From Tubulanus polymorphus (lineage: Eukaryota > Animalia > Nemertea), in assembly GCF_964204645.1 (NCBI RefSeq), contig NC_134027.1, positions 16,028,485 to 16,092,484 on the forward strand: a stretch of DNA of 64,000 nt, given 5' to 3'. Below the pieces are notes generated by a model that was not told the DNA's origin, did not search any database, and worked only from the letters and a program-made list of their open reading frames with translations. The position numbers were made by a program, and so were the translations under genes. Of the stretch, positions 34,474 to 45,971 are shown in pieces; position 1 is the first letter of the stretch; each line of letters starts with the position of its first letter.

Positions 34474-35196
34474 TTACATTGTTTCGATAGCCTGTCCATA
34501 CAGTTCTTTGCATTCTGGCATTACAGATTCGTGATCACAGTCCATCACCATACCCAATAGCAGTGATCCTAAAATACGGGCATTTTGCGAGAAAAAGTTA
34601 ATTTTACTGCGGTGTAGCAGTGTCTCAAAGTCTTTGCATTCAGAGTAACACGACGAGTCTATCCAAGCAGAGAAATCACATAAAATCTCGTACAATAATT
34701 GAAGATTACTGTCCATGTCTCTGCTGCCACGAACAAAGATATCCGATATATTTTCCAAATTGTAAACGTTCTTTACGATGTGGGTAAACGCCGAGTCAAA
34801 TTCTTCGATAGTACGTACAGCCGATTTTGGGATAGTTGCCGTTTTGATAGTGTTAATCGGTGTCGTTGGATTGGTAAGCGACGATGCTGAATTGGACATT
34901 GTCCTATCCCTTTGCGTTATCGGCGATGTGATTGCCGAGTTATACTGCATTATATTGTCTTTTACATGCTTTACAGTTAGAGATTCAATGTTTGCCATAA
35001 AGCGAAGTCTGTTCAAGTAATTGCACACAGAGTTGGCGGCCTGCATTTCTTGTAAATCGTACTCGGCATCTTCGTCATCGGCATCGTTATCGTCATCATC
35101 CAGTATCTGTGGTGGTGCTGGTGGTGGGCGATGAAAATGCTCCTTTTGCAATTCATCTACCTCAATCAACCATTTGCGATTTGGTAAAAATCCCAT
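34474..35196 (-). CDS. Hypothetical protein
   Basis: 240-aa ATG ORF divergent from the polymerase. Confidence 0.7.
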   Translation of the reverse strand: MGFLPNRKWLIEVDELQKEHFHRPPPAPPQILDDDDNDADDEDAEYDLQEMQAANSVCNYLNRLRFMANIESLTVKHVKDNIMQYNSAITSPITQRDRTMSNSASSLTNPTTPINTIKTATIPKSAVRTIEEFDSAFTHIVKNVYNLENISDIFVRGSRDMDSNLQLLYEILCDFSAWIDSSCYSECKDFETLLHRSKINFFSQNARILGSLLLGMVMDCDHESVMPECKELYGQAIETM

Positions 35197-35476
35197 TTTT
35201 GTTTCTTATTCACTCAGGAGTGGCTAAAAGCGTGTGCTAACAGCTTGGCAGTAAAGGTAGAAATGTTATAGGTTCGCATGGGTTGATGGAATTTATGTGA
35301 CTTTTTGGGTAATTCCTAATAAAGTATCCTCTCCATGTGTGTACCAAGAAGTTACATTTTTTGAGATACAAAAATGTTATAAAAGTTAAAAAAATAACAA
35401 GTCCGATTTTATATAATGTCTGAAATTTTAACCATTAGGGCATTAGTGGACAACCAACCCGCCGAGGTGTGCTACA

Positions 35477-38400
35477 ATGAAAAATTTACAAAGCGGGGGT
35501 GCTGTTACAAGTAGACAAAGTGTGAATGAAGAAAAAGAGTTTTGGAACAGAAAACTAAATCACAATGATTCTTCAACAACCACCGATCTCAATATCCACT
35601 ACTCTAACGTTTGTCAAGAAGAACATTTGGTCTATTCAGACCCCAGGCAAAAATTAGACAAAGACGGTGTACCCCAACAAGTATTGAAACGATGTATCGA
35701 AGAAAAACAACACATCGACCGATTAACCATCGACGGTATATACACAGATGCCAGTCTCTTTGTAAAACCGATGGTTTTCGATTGCAGGCGTCTGACGTCC
35801 AATTCAACAATCATAAACGGTCATCGTGCCCTGTACTTGTACTATCATGGACCAAGAAATGCAATCTTTATACGATTCAAATCGCAAAGTCGTGCATTAA
35901 GCTATGCCAACACAAGAACGATAACGAAGTTTCTAAACTATTTACGAGGACCGTACGGTGGTTGGCTGAAATCGATTGTCGATGCAAAACTAACTGTGAT
36001 CAGGACATTCAAACAGGCAGTGTGCGGACCAAAACATGCCATCAAACTAATATGTACCGGCAGCGGCCCAAGTCCTTACAAGTTATTGGCCGCGTTGGAA
36101 AACGGACCCTACTCCGAAGATTTTACCCACGAGATTCACGATACGGCCATCACTGGCTATACCCGTCACATGGTTTCGAAAAGTACCAAACCGATAGGTG
36201 TTATGCGCAGAGATACTGCCAGACAACAACAATGCTCTTCTGAAATTGAAATTGACCAACATAAAACTTGGGACTACGAGACACTTTGTAATGGAGACAA
36301 TAATCAAAACACATCTGCCAACAATACCCAAACCCACGGCTTTTATAACGAAGAGGCAATGTCTTCGTTTGATGCGACTTTACCCCACATTAAATCTCGA
36401 CGTGAAAAAGACGATGAAATTAAATATTTTCAAAGTCATGTCTACTACAAAGACATCACGTTTCCCTACAGCGATAGGGAGATTGAGATTGTAGAACCGC
36501 TGCCAAATGACGACTCCGAGTGCATGGACATCGATGAGGAAGAAAATGAGCTGTTGGGTTCATTAGATTTTCGTCAACTTGAACCGAACACGTACAAGGG
36601 CAAATTATTGACGAAATTAGCGAGAAAGCTGGCCGAGACTATAGATCTGTGCTGTGAAAACGATGTCAAAGATCCACTCGGCGCTGATGAAGTCTACTAT
36701 GACGACGATACCCAAATTATACCCGAACATTGGTATCATATGGATGCTGAGAAAATGAACGAAGAAATCACTAAAGTTTACAGAGAAGAAATTCGGCGCA
36801 AGGCTGAGACCGAACGAATCAACGTAACCGAGCGTTTTGAAGACGCTGGGGCAGATTTCACCGAAGATGATGTTGACTACTCTATCAACTACAAACGAAA
36901 AGAATGGGATTATACGAGAAAGCTTTCCGGCTATATAATGAAAAGACAAGTCCACCAATTAGCCGAATTGTTGAAAGAAATGAGAGATGAACTAAACGAT
37001 GCTGCAGAACCTCTCATAATATCATGGGACAAGGACTTGAAACGTAAAGTGTTGCACCCACTTACGAAAAATGTCAACTTGTACCAATCTGACGATGTCT
37101 TCTCCCATTTTGTGTTTGAAATGAGCAGTATGGCTAGCAGAAGTGGTGTGTTGAACGCAGAATGCATTGTCACCTCTGATATTATCGACCAAGTCCGGCT
37201 GAGACTTGTAGAAATTACATCAGCTCTACGAAATGTGGCCACTACGTTTTGGAGAACAGAGATAGTCGCGTTAGAAGACAAAAATGTCTCAAAACAACGC
37301 AACGAAACACGAGAAGAAATTGCCAAGACGATAGTAACCAATTTAGAGTGCGTGTCGATCGATTTGGAAACAGGCTTTGAAAAAAATGCCATACCCACAT
37401 CACAATGTGATCCAATCATATCTGCGGTAGCATCCAAGTTCAATCACGAGAAAACGCCACAAGGCAACTATACATTTCAAGAACATGTTTTATTCCTAGT
37501 CAAGCCGCCGAATGATCCAAAAACCGGCAAGCCTCCACCAAAACAAAAAACGGAAGGTAGTGGGGACTTGGAAAAAATCATCGAAGATGTAAAACTCCAC
37601 ATAAAAGGTGATCCAGACGATGAAGAGGTGCAAGAGAAACTTAATGCGTTTCTTAAAAAAGTCGACTTGAACATGATACCCAACGAAACGGTTTTTATTG
37701 AAGAATGCGACACGGAAGCAGAGTTGATTGTAAAAATGACGCTCTATCTAAGAGACTGTCCCATACTGATCGGTTACAACAGTACTTGTTTCGATTGGAG
37801 TGTTTTCGAAAATAGAATGCGGGCTACGGTTCCCTGTGTTAGCGGCAAAATTGAACCTAAGGAATACGTGCTAGAATTGAAGCAAAAACGCAACAATAAA
37901 ACTGCCAACAAAATCACAAAACCTAAGAGCATGTTCAACAATGCATTCCACCTCTGTCTATCACATCGAATGGATACCAAGGCAAAATTGGTCTTCAAAG
38001 TCAACGGTGAAGAACAAGCAAAAGTTATAGACAAGAGAAAACGCGACTGGGAAATGATCAGAGGTAATCGACGCATAGCTGGTGGCACGTCCACGAAACT
38101 GACGGAAATCATGAATTCGGAAGTTGACAAGGAAGCGGCTGATTTCGTCAAATATTTCGTTCTACCACCCGATATACCCAGAGAGGTCTCATACGAGTGG
38201 TGGAAAAGTACCAGATCGAAAAAAAGTTCCGGTGCTGTCAAAAAATCCACAGGCAAGCGTAAACGAGCACCTTCATCCACTAGCAGCAACAATCCGTCGG
38301 GTAAAAAACGACTTCTTCAAAACGGTGCTTCAACCTCGATGAGTGGCTTAAATAACAACACGATCAGTGGCTACGAATCGGTCGATAGCACTACAAGCTG

Positions 38401-41400
38401 CAGTACAACGACGAGTAAAAGACGGCGCAAGGGCGATACTACAACTGACAATAGCGACGATGATAGCGTATTTTTCGATGACATGGACAATCATTGTGTT
38501 GATGTTGCTTTCGAGGAATTTGCCAATGATCCTGAGGACGAAGGATACCTGTCTGAAGATGAAAAAACCCAACAGATGGCTGCCATAGAAGGTGTGCAAG
38601 GCGTAAACGATATTTTCAAAAGAATCAAGTACATTGCCGTCAACAACAGCACCTATGTGGACATGATGCCGTTGGTGGCACAGAATGCCGCCAAGATGAT
38701 TGATTTATCCACAGCCACGTTTCGTCAACTGGGCATAAAGAAATTGGAACACGAAAAAGTAAAGTACACGAATCTATTGGATACTTATCGGAACGGTGAA
38801 ACCGACATCATCCTAGAGTACAACTTGATCGATGTGTTACTACCCGCCATCATGTACATCCAAAAGGAATCTTTGGCTTTCACCACAACAGTCTGTATGA
38901 AAACGGTGCAACCACCGCGGACGATTTACGAAGACGCGCCAATGTGCATGGTCAGTGGAGTCCTAGCCAACAATGGGACTTGGTTCGATAAAACCGTCAT
39001 GCCTGGCACATCCAAGAAAATTACCGAAGAAGACATGAAGAAACCGGGCTTCAAATACGACGCCATAAAACACTTTGAACAGTTGAAACAACCTGGCGGC
39101 ATTCGAGGAGCAGTACCCGAGTTTATAGGCACACCTTGCGCTTGTGTCGATGCCACCAACATGTACCCAAGGGCAATCATGAAGGAAAATGTTGGCATGA
39201 CCGGTATGGTCACGATGGAGTACATCAAGCGAAATAATTTGAAACGGGGAGTTCACTACGACATGGAGATGTTAACTACGGTCGATTTAGATGGGAATAT
39301 CGTCAACTTGGTGGTGGCAAAAATAAAAGCTGATCAATACAAAACCATCGAAAGTTTCACCTGTGACGATATGTTGGGCAACAGACTACACTTTAAACGA
39401 CTCATGGCGACCGAAAAAGATCCCTTCAAAAAGGCCAACTACGATCAAAATCAAAAGGCTTTAAAACTTTTGCTGAATATAGTCTATGGATTTTGTGGTG
39501 TCATGTTGGCCCTCATATCGGCACTTGTTACCAAGTACGGACGAAATCAAACTCTTAGAATGGCACATATATGGCAAACGTGGTATTCAGACTATATTGC
39601 AAAAATAACTCAAAAATGGTATGCGGAAAAAATTGCCAATGCCGATACAGATTCTGACTTTCTACTCTTCGGTTCAGAGTTAGAATTTAGCGACTTGTCG
39701 ACTTTTGCCAAAAAACTTGGCCTCCCTGAGAAAAGCGGCACAAAGACCATAATTACCCACTCTTTGACAATCGTTGACGAGTACTTGGAATTTGCCAACA
39801 GAGATCAGGCGCCAAGTAAATTCCTCTTCGAAAAATACTTTCATCGTGGAACAGTCTGCCAGGGACAGAAAAATTACTGCGGACCCAAGGTGGAAAAGGG
39901 TGGTGGAGGAGAATATGTTGTATCGTTTCACGTTGCCGGGCTAGTCGGAATGAAAAATACTGCAACCAAGCTAAAAACTCAAATGCAGTACGGCAGCATG
40001 TACCTGTTGCTGGACAGAGATCCTATCGGTTCACTTACCTACGGCGAAGAAGTCTATCATATGGCCTACAGAACAATTCTCATCGAAGAAGTCATAGATG
40101 AAATAGAGACAAAGTTAAACCAAATATTATCTACCGAGGAAAAAGACGACCTGCGCCAACAACTCTGCTGTGGTCTAAAACTGTTAGACCCGAGCAAAGT
40201 CCAGAGCAAAGAAAAAGTCGGTGATATGGAAAAAATGAAAACTGTCGCAACGAAAGCAGCCGCCAAGGAATGTAAAAAGAAAAATTTACCCCTAGACAAG
40301 GCACCGATGTATGTAACGCTCACCAGATCGTGCCAAGCACAGATTAGCGGTACTCAGAAGAAATTGTTGGACACAATTCTGGTCAACTGCCCGATAGAAA
40401 AGGAGGAAATAAAACGCAAAGAAGAGAGTCAGAAAATGAAAAAGTTGACTTCAGCTGATTTGACAAAATTTGACAAGACGATGGTAGCCGATTCAGAAAG
40501 ATACGGGTTCAAGTATACCCCGGACCAATACCGAAAAACCAGAACTTTCAGATCGGCTATCAAAGAAATGACCGACATGCGAGACACTTTGATGTTGAAT
40601 ACATCCATAATGACAGTGAACAAACTCAAAGAAGAAGCCAAACATCTCATACTCACCATAGAAGACAAAAAAACATCGTCCATAGGCAGCAGTATGAAAC
40701 ACGGTGCTATTGCCAATAAACATAGCAAAATATTCTCAACCATTCAACAGACCAAGTCCATGACAGATGGTGAAATAAAACGAAAACAACTCAGAAACAA
40801 CTTAGTTGGTAATCTCAGTGAAAGGGCACTCAACTATATGAACAATTTGGACTCATACCCTATGGATCGGATGTGTTTGCGAGTTATGATGTCTGGTAAC
40901 TACGCAATTTCAACTTTTGATGATTTTGCGGCTATCGGTGAACCCACCACCACAGATCAATTGATTACCAAGTGGGCAGAAGAGTGCGTGGATGGCAACT
41001 CTTCACCGATACTATCCACGCACAAGTTGAATCTGTCCACAACAGATGAAACACACAAGACCGTCGATCTGTGGGCACTCTACACAAATCGAGGTCGAGA
41101 ATTGATGGACTTTAGATGGTTCGTGATATCAATTCAACACTCTACCTTATACACGATACATAAATCCGGAAAAGATTTCATCAACAAAGTCACATCTGAG
41201 CCGAAATGTGTATCGATCGGACCAGACTACAACACTTGGTTGAACGAACGCGTGATGTTAACTCAGAAGAAAAAATCTCCAATCATACCCGACTACTGCA
41301 TAGTTGATATGTACCCGTACACGATTCAAACAATGACCACGCCGTTTATCACAGACAACGTTAATGGCTATTCTGAATTAGTCAACAACGATTCGTTTTG

Positions 41401-42136
41401 TCTAAATCGTCAAAACACGTTCGCCTACAAATGTAATGGTGATCTCTTGTTATCCGCACTTCAAAAAATGCGTGATATCGTGGATATAGGCAAAAATGTC
41501 TATAGAGTTGTACAATTTACCCCGATTCTCAACTCAGCCACATTCAGTGTCAACACGACCACATTTGATCACAAGAAAACTAAAAGGTCGCGATTACACT
41601 TTAAAAAGCCGCTCCAAGACATTGTAATTCCATGTGAAATCGTAAGAGACGATGAAAGACAACAAAGTCACTGGGTCCGCAGACAACCTGGTTTATGTGT
41701 GTACATTGACGAATTGATCCCGTTACTAGAGCAAAAGTTGAGCAGATCACTGAAAAACCCTGACAACTGTCTGAAAATGGTGTTTTTTCAGGATTTGATG
41801 GAGTTGGAAATATCATGTGTTCCAAAAAATAGATATGGAGGGACAACCATGACTCCCTGTACTATTCCAATTACCCATGTCAAAGACCGAGCAGTAGATA
41901 GTGAGATATTCGGAAAGTTGCATACCCCTCGTGAAAAAATGTCGTTTGGTACCGCTCAGACAGTCACAGCACCGACACCAACCACATTACTGCCTCAAGC
42001 CTCAACTTCAACCACGGTACAATGTACAGATTCGGACTTTCTGGACGATGATGATGTGATATACATAGAGACAAAAAACGTTACAAGAAATAGTAACCTG
42101 GTACAAACAAAATTGTGTTTCGTACCAAAATTGTAA
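35477..42136 (+). CDS. polB: Family B DNA polymerase, large viral type
   Basis: ExoI SIDLETG, ExoII GYNSTCFDW, ExoIII EYNLIDV; pol motifs VDATNMYP, QKALKLLLNIVYG, NADTDS; 2219 aa. Confidence 0.95.
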   Translation: MKNLQSGGAVTSRQSVNEEKEFWNRKLNHNDSSTTTDLNIHYSNVCQEEHLVYSDPRQKLDKDGVPQQVLKRCIEEKQHIDRLTIDGIYTDASLFVKPMVFDCRRLTSNSTIINGHRALYLYYHGPRNAIFIRFKSQSRALSYANTRTITKFLNYLRGPYGGWLKSIVDAKLTVIRTFKQAVCGPKHAIKLICTGSGPSPYKLLAALENGPYSEDFTHEIHDTAITGYTRHMVSKSTKPIGVMRRDTARQQQCSSEIEIDQHKTWDYETLCNGDNNQNTSANNTQTHGFYNEEAMSSFDATLPHIKSRREKDDEIKYFQSHVYYKDITFPYSDREIEIVEPLPNDDSECMDIDEEENELLGSLDFRQLEPNTYKGKLLTKLARKLAETIDLCCENDVKDPLGADEVYYDDDTQIIPEHWYHMDAEKMNEEITKVYREEIRRKAETERINVTERFEDAGADFTEDDVDYSINYKRKEWDYTRKLSGYIMKRQVHQLAELLKEMRDELNDAAEPLIISWDKDLKRKVLHPLTKNVNLYQSDDVFSHFVFEMSSMASRSGVLNAECIVTSDIIDQVRLRLVEITSALRNVATTFWRTEIVALEDKNVSKQRNETREEIAKTIVTNLECVSIDLETGFEKNAIPTSQCDPIISAVASKFNHEKTPQGNYTFQEHVLFLVKPPNDPKTGKPPPKQKTEGSGDLEKIIEDVKLHIKGDPDDEEVQEKLNAFLKKVDLNMIPNETVFIEECDTEAELIVKMTLYLRDCPILIGYNSTCFDWSVFENRMRATVPCVSGKIEPKEYVLELKQKRNNKTANKITKPKSMFNNAFHLCLSHRMDTKAKLVFKVNGEEQAKVIDKRKRDWEMIRGNRRIAGGTSTKLTEIMNSEVDKEAADFVKYFVLPPDIPREVSYEWWKSTRSKKSSGAVKKSTGKRKRAPSSTSSNNPSGKKRLLQNGASTSMSGLNNNTISGYESVDSTTSCSTTTSKRRRKGDTTTDNSDDDSVFFDDMDNHCVDVAFEEFANDPEDEGYLSEDEKTQQMAAIEGVQGVNDIFKRIKYIAVNNSTYVDMMPLVAQNAAKMIDLSTATFRQLGIKKLEHEKVKYTNLLDTYRNGETDIILEYNLIDVLLPAIMYIQKESLAFTTTVCMKTVQPPRTIYEDAPMCMVSGVLANNGTWFDKTVMPGTSKKITEEDMKKPGFKYDAIKHFEQLKQPGGIRGAVPEFIGTPCACVDATNMYPRAIMKENVGMTGMVTMEYIKRNNLKRGVHYDMEMLTTVDLDGNIVNLVVAKIKADQYKTIESFTCDDMLGNRLHFKRLMATEKDPFKKANYDQNQKALKLLLNIVYGFCGVMLALISALVTKYGRNQTLRMAHIWQTWYSDYIAKITQKWYAEKIANADTDSDFLLFGSELEFSDLSTFAKKLGLPEKSGTKTIITHSLTIVDEYLEFANRDQAPSKFLFEKYFHRGTVCQGQKNYCGPKVEKGGGGEYVVSFHVAGLVGMKNTATKLKTQMQYGSMYLLLDRDPIGSLTYGEEVYHMAYRTILIEEVIDEIETKLNQILSTEEKDDLRQQLCCGLKLLDPSKVQSKEKVGDMEKMKTVATKAAAKECKKKNLPLDKAPMYVTLTRSCQAQISGTQKKLLDTILVNCPIEKEEIKRKEESQKMKKLTSADLTKFDKTMVADSERYGFKYTPDQYRKTRTFRSAIKEMTDMRDTLMLNTSIMTVNKLKEEAKHLILTIEDKKTSSIGSSMKHGAIANKHSKIFSTIQQTKSMTDGEIKRKQLRNNLVGNLSERALNYMNNLDSYPMDRMCLRVMMSGNYAISTFDDFAAIGEPTTTDQLITKWAEECVDGNSSPILSTHKLNLSTTDETHKTVDLWALYTNRGRELMDFRWFVISIQHSTLYTIHKSGKDFINKVTSEPKCVSIGPDYNTWLNERVMLTQKKKSPIIPDYCIVDMYPYTIQTMTTPFITDNVNGYSELVNNDSFCLNRQNTFAYKCNGDLLLSALQKMRDIVDIGKNVYRVVQFTPILNSATFSVNTTTFDHKKTKRSRLHFKKPLQDIVIPCEIVRDDERQQSHWVRRQPGLCVYIDELIPLLEQKLSRSLKNPDNCLKMVFFQDLMELEISCVPKNRYGGTTMTPCTIPITHVKDRAVDSEIFGKLHTPREKMSFGTAQTVTAPTPTTLLPQASTSTTVQCTDSDFLDDDDVIYIETKNVTRNSNLVQTKLCFVPKL

Positions 42137-42156
42137 TCATTCCACATTGCAGAATC

Positions 42157-42780
42157 ATGGAAGCAGCAGCACCTGCGACACCAACACCCATTAAAAGTAA
42201 AATGGTCATCATACCAATGACCGATGCAATGTTTGATACGAATCTCAATGAAAATCTCAACACGCTAAGGAATGAAAATAATAAACGAATTTATCGCATA
42301 TACGAACATCGAGTAAATGAAAGGGAGTTGACGATTTTAGTCTTAAAACCTTACGGCGATGATACCGATAGATTGACTTGGTTTGATTTCCTTACGACAT
42401 TGAAATTTGCCAAACGTGCTAACGACGATACCCAGAATTCACCAATAGTGATACATTACTCTACTGATACACATGAACTGGTTGTTTCTGTATACAGTGC
42501 AAAAACAACAGAGATGGATGGATATTACGACGACTTGTTTCAAGAAGTGTATGATGAATTGAAACAGATTGTTTTGGACAATGGTGTGTTTTTTCACGCT
42601 GATGCCAACACGAAAAAGTTTATGCGTTCTTGGACAATGGTATTGAACAAAAACGTTGATGGAGAATTCGTCCAACTTACCCCTGGCAACCTAGAAAACA
42701 GAAAAGACATTGAAAATCATATACGTATTGAAAATCCAATTGATTATACATTCTGTAGACCTGCAATAAATTGTTTGTAA
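42157..42780 (+). CDS. Hypothetical protein
   Basis: ATG MEAAAPAT at 42157; AATAAA near the stop. Confidence 0.65.
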   Translation: MEAAAPATPTPIKSKMVIIPMTDAMFDTNLNENLNTLRNENNKRIYRIYEHRVNERELTILVLKPYGDDTDRLTWFDFLTTLKFAKRANDDTQNSPIVIHYSTDTHELVVSVYSAKTTEMDGYYDDLFQEVYDELKQIVLDNGVFFHADANTKKFMRSWTMVLNKNVDGEFVQLTPGNLENRKDIENHIRIENPIDYTFCRPAINCL

Positions 42781-42947
42781 TCAATTCAAACTTTGAAGTT
42801 GGTGTTTGGTTGTGTTCGGTTGAGTTTGCTTATTTCTCCATTATATTGGATATCAATATTGTGTCAAGGATGAAGATTTAACGGAATTATTGGATTCCAA
42901 ACTCTCTGCAATTGTATTTGTGGACCATAGAAAAAGAACATCGTGCG

Positions 42948-43009
42948 GGTTACAAGAGGAGAAATAAGGTTACGAGAGGAGAAATAAGGTTACAAGAGGA
43001 GAAATAAGC
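42948..43009 (+). promoter_or_regulatory. Three tandem copies of the 20-bp motif GTTACRAGAGGAGAAATAAG (also at 24737, 26779, 32460, 32543)
   Basis: Read directly; found between genes or within the decayed kinase locus; regulatory role is inferred. Confidence 0.6.
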
Positions 43010-43182
43010 AAAGTCCGGAACAAAACAAACACAAAAAGTAACATTTTTATAAGTTCGAAAATATTTTCTCACCCGAAAAAGTACTAAAATGAGGTGTGTG
43101 ACCAGAAACGGACATTTGGCCACAAGACACCAAAGAATTTATAGTTCAACACACATGACGCACATCTCATTTACCATCCAGC

Positions 43183-43956
43183 ATGGGAAAACCTAAGATA
43201 CAGTACCCGTGGTCCAAAGACAGTGTTTCACCGTTGGTGGCGCATTTCGATAACACGGACTATCATATTCAATGCGTAGACGGAAAAGTACCCATCAACA
43301 TACACATCCTAGCATCAAACATTGACTTTATCGATCGCATCAGAACATCCTACTTTGAAATACCCGACAACATCATACAAGCTCCGGATCTCTACGTCGA
43401 TGATATTAACTTTCTAAATGAATATCTATCCATCGCTACCACACAAGCCAATGGATTTGCAAAGTTCGATCTGTTGAAGAGTTTATCCCTAGACGACATG
43501 TCCAGATACTTGCAGATTTCCGACATGTGGCAAATTGAAAATCTATGTGTGGACTTGACTATGGAATTGTTATCGAGGTTGGTTAGAAATCGGCACGATA
43601 ACGAATACAAGCAAATGACGCCGGAGATTCTCAGCATGTTTGAAAACTACCAATGGACTCGTAGCAGTGTCAAGGTGCTCACAAACAGTGTAACCAAATC
43701 AGAACAATACGAAACCATGCATTGGCGATATGCAGATGGGAAATTTATCGGAAATTACGAACACGTACCCATGAACAGCGTCGATGAAGCTATAAATCAG
43801 CCAACTTGGGACTTTAACCGGATGATCATCATTGAAGTTGACTTCTCTACGGTCACCAAATATACCCTCAACACTCCGTACCACGACATTCATTATTTTA
43901 CGGAGCAATACACACCATCGGCTGTCGAACTGAAGATGACTGAATACGCATATTAA
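43183..43956 (+). CDS. BTB/POZ-domain protein
   Basis: TDYHIQCVDGKVPINIHILASNIDF...YFE..IIQAPDL...LQISDMWQIENLC matches the BTB pattern. Confidence 0.7.
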   Translation: MGKPKIQYPWSKDSVSPLVAHFDNTDYHIQCVDGKVPINIHILASNIDFIDRIRTSYFEIPDNIIQAPDLYVDDINFLNEYLSIATTQANGFAKFDLLKSLSLDDMSRYLQISDMWQIENLCVDLTMELLSRLVRNRHDNEYKQMTPEILSMFENYQWTRSSVKVLTNSVTKSEQYETMHWRYADGKFIGNYEHVPMNSVDEAINQPTWDFNRMIIIEVDFSTVTKYTLNTPYHDIHYFTEQYTPSAVELKMTEYAY

Positions 43957-43980
43957 GTTCTGAACGATGAAAGCGGCCTA

Positions 43981-44775
43981 TTGAAGCCGAACGAAAAACA
44001 AGTGCTCAGGGATATGATCTACAACGGTGTACGAATGTTTACCCATGCTAACCAACATAAAGACACCACCACCCAAAACGACCACATAGCTATGTGCGCT
44101 ACATGGGGTCGTGGAGTGCGAAAAGTGACACACTCCAACAGAAAGGAACTTTGTAAATTCATCGAAAAGAGTCGTAAGGATTTCCATTCCGCACCATATC
44201 GAGTCAGAGCAATTCAAAAACTAGACAAAGACCAAATGGATGTACACTTCTACACACAACTCGTTCACCAGGATATACCCAGAGATATAGAAAGTAAACT
44301 CATTATGCTGAAAAAGCCGAAAAATCAATTGATATTCCCCAACATCGAAACGAAGTTGAACTTTATGATAGGATTTCACGCTTCGGTTGAGGATTTCGAG
44401 TTGATTGAGATCCTAAACACTCTCAAGACGAACATTAAAAAACATTTAATTCTACCCTCTGAAGACTCGGTCGAAAAAGTATTTGTGGCGCTATTAGATG
44501 ATGCATCAGAGAAGTTAACTTGTTCACCTATTACAATGGTCGCGTTTGTTATTTTTCCGAACATTGTCCTGTCAGGACCCAAAGAAATCACAAAACTTGT
44601 GAAAAAGATCAAAAATTTGTGTGGCTGTTGGTGTATGAGCCACGATGGACTTGTACCGGCAATCAATGATAGAATGACTTTGAAATTTGATTCCAAGTAC
44701 GAAGACGGCTGGGTTCAGTCGATCACTCGCGGTGATGGTCTTGGACAGATTGAACTGAGTGTGTTGCGAAAATAG
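43981..44775 (+). CDS. Hypothetical protein (weak resemblance to a degenerate AEP primase N-terminal domain)
   Basis: 264-aa ORF; FVIFPNIVL recalls GxHIIFPNI of viral primpols, but catalytic residues are not evident. Confidence 0.5.
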   Translation: MKPNEKQVLRDMIYNGVRMFTHANQHKDTTTQNDHIAMCATWGRGVRKVTHSNRKELCKFIEKSRKDFHSAPYRVRAIQKLDKDQMDVHFYTQLVHQDIPRDIESKLIMLKKPKNQLIFPNIETKLNFMIGFHASVEDFELIEILNTLKTNIKKHLILPSEDSVEKVFVALLDDASEKLTCSPITMVAFVIFPNIVLSGPKEITKLVKKIKNLCGCWCMSHDGLVPAINDRMTLKFDSKYEDGWVQSITRGDGLGQIELSVLRK

Positions 44776-44856
44776 ACTTTTGTAAAATAATATGTACATA
44801 TGCATGAACAAATTCCAAGTCAAATATTGTCGGACTTGTAAAACTGTCTTGAATTT

Positions 44857-45540
44857 TTGGTGGTCAAATATCTGCTCACAAAATGGCTTATTACCCGACG
44901 TTCCGTTATAGAAGGAGAGGAGGATAGAGAATATACCGGTTTTGTAATAGAAGGAGTGAATTATTATCAAACAACGATACGGTTGTTAAAACAGAAGAAA
45001 ATACCCCAACATGTTTATACCAAGTACATACAAAAAGTCGCAGAGTGCTTCTTTATTCAAGAAAAAGACTTGCAACGGTTGAATTTATATACATACCCAT
45101 CAACATTGTTCATCAACCTGACATACCCTTATTGTATCATTACATTACATACAACAAAGTCAATGTACACTACTGTAAAATTAAAAACGAGTTGTTCTTC
45201 TCTTTAAGCGATACATTATCGGCTATCAATGTAAACTGCGGCACAGCTAGTTACCACATAAAAGCGTGTGAAAATAACGAAAAAGCCAAAGGATGGCGTC
45301 GATGGGCTGAAGTACATTTGATGACTATAAATGGTCTTCACAAATGTGTATAAATTTAAACAAATGATCGAAGATTTCCAACGTAATGGTACCATACCGT
45401 TGGATGTTCTGATCCCAGGAGAGGATATAAGATCACAAACCCAACGCGATGCGAACAGATTCCAGGAGAGGATAGAAGACAAACCCAACGCGATGCGAAT
45501 ATTACACTCGAGGTGGAAACTCAAGAGGGGGGTGAAATGA
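44857..45540 (+). pseudogene. Frameshift-split gene with a Bro-N-like segment
   Basis: Three overlapping ORFs; KIKNELFFSLSDTLSAIN...VHLMTINGLHKC resembles Bro-N. Confidence 0.4.
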
Positions 45541-45971
45541 ATCTACCCATGATCAACAACACCAAATGACCGGAGCGACTATACCCATCCATAAAAACAT
45601 AAGAACGAGAACATGCCACAAACAAGTGAGAACATGGCCGAAATGAACGAGAACATGCCACAAACAAGTGAGAACATGGCCGAAATGAACAAGAACGTGG
45701 CACAAACCCAAGTTGAATCAGGACAGAATCGTCAGAAGATTCTGGAAATGTGTCGATTAGTACTGAATAAAAAACACAAAAAGGAGTAATAAATTTAGAT
45801 TATCATAAAAGACAATAACTGTGCTTTTGTGAAGAAGAATGATCCGACATATTTAATGTGATGGCGTGTTTTATGCGCGCGTTCTATCAGTTTAATCTTA
45901 AACTGTGCCAGTGGTATATCATCATCTTCTGACGATGATATATCCCCCGGACACATTCAAACGAAGAAAAT

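Noticed and set aside
35604-41846. Short ORFs overlapping polB (and likewise the 57-63 kb ORF)
   Set aside because: Shadow ORFs of long genes.
45604-45700. 42-bp tandem duplication
   Set aside because: Local duplication, likely within a decayed coding region; no wider pattern.
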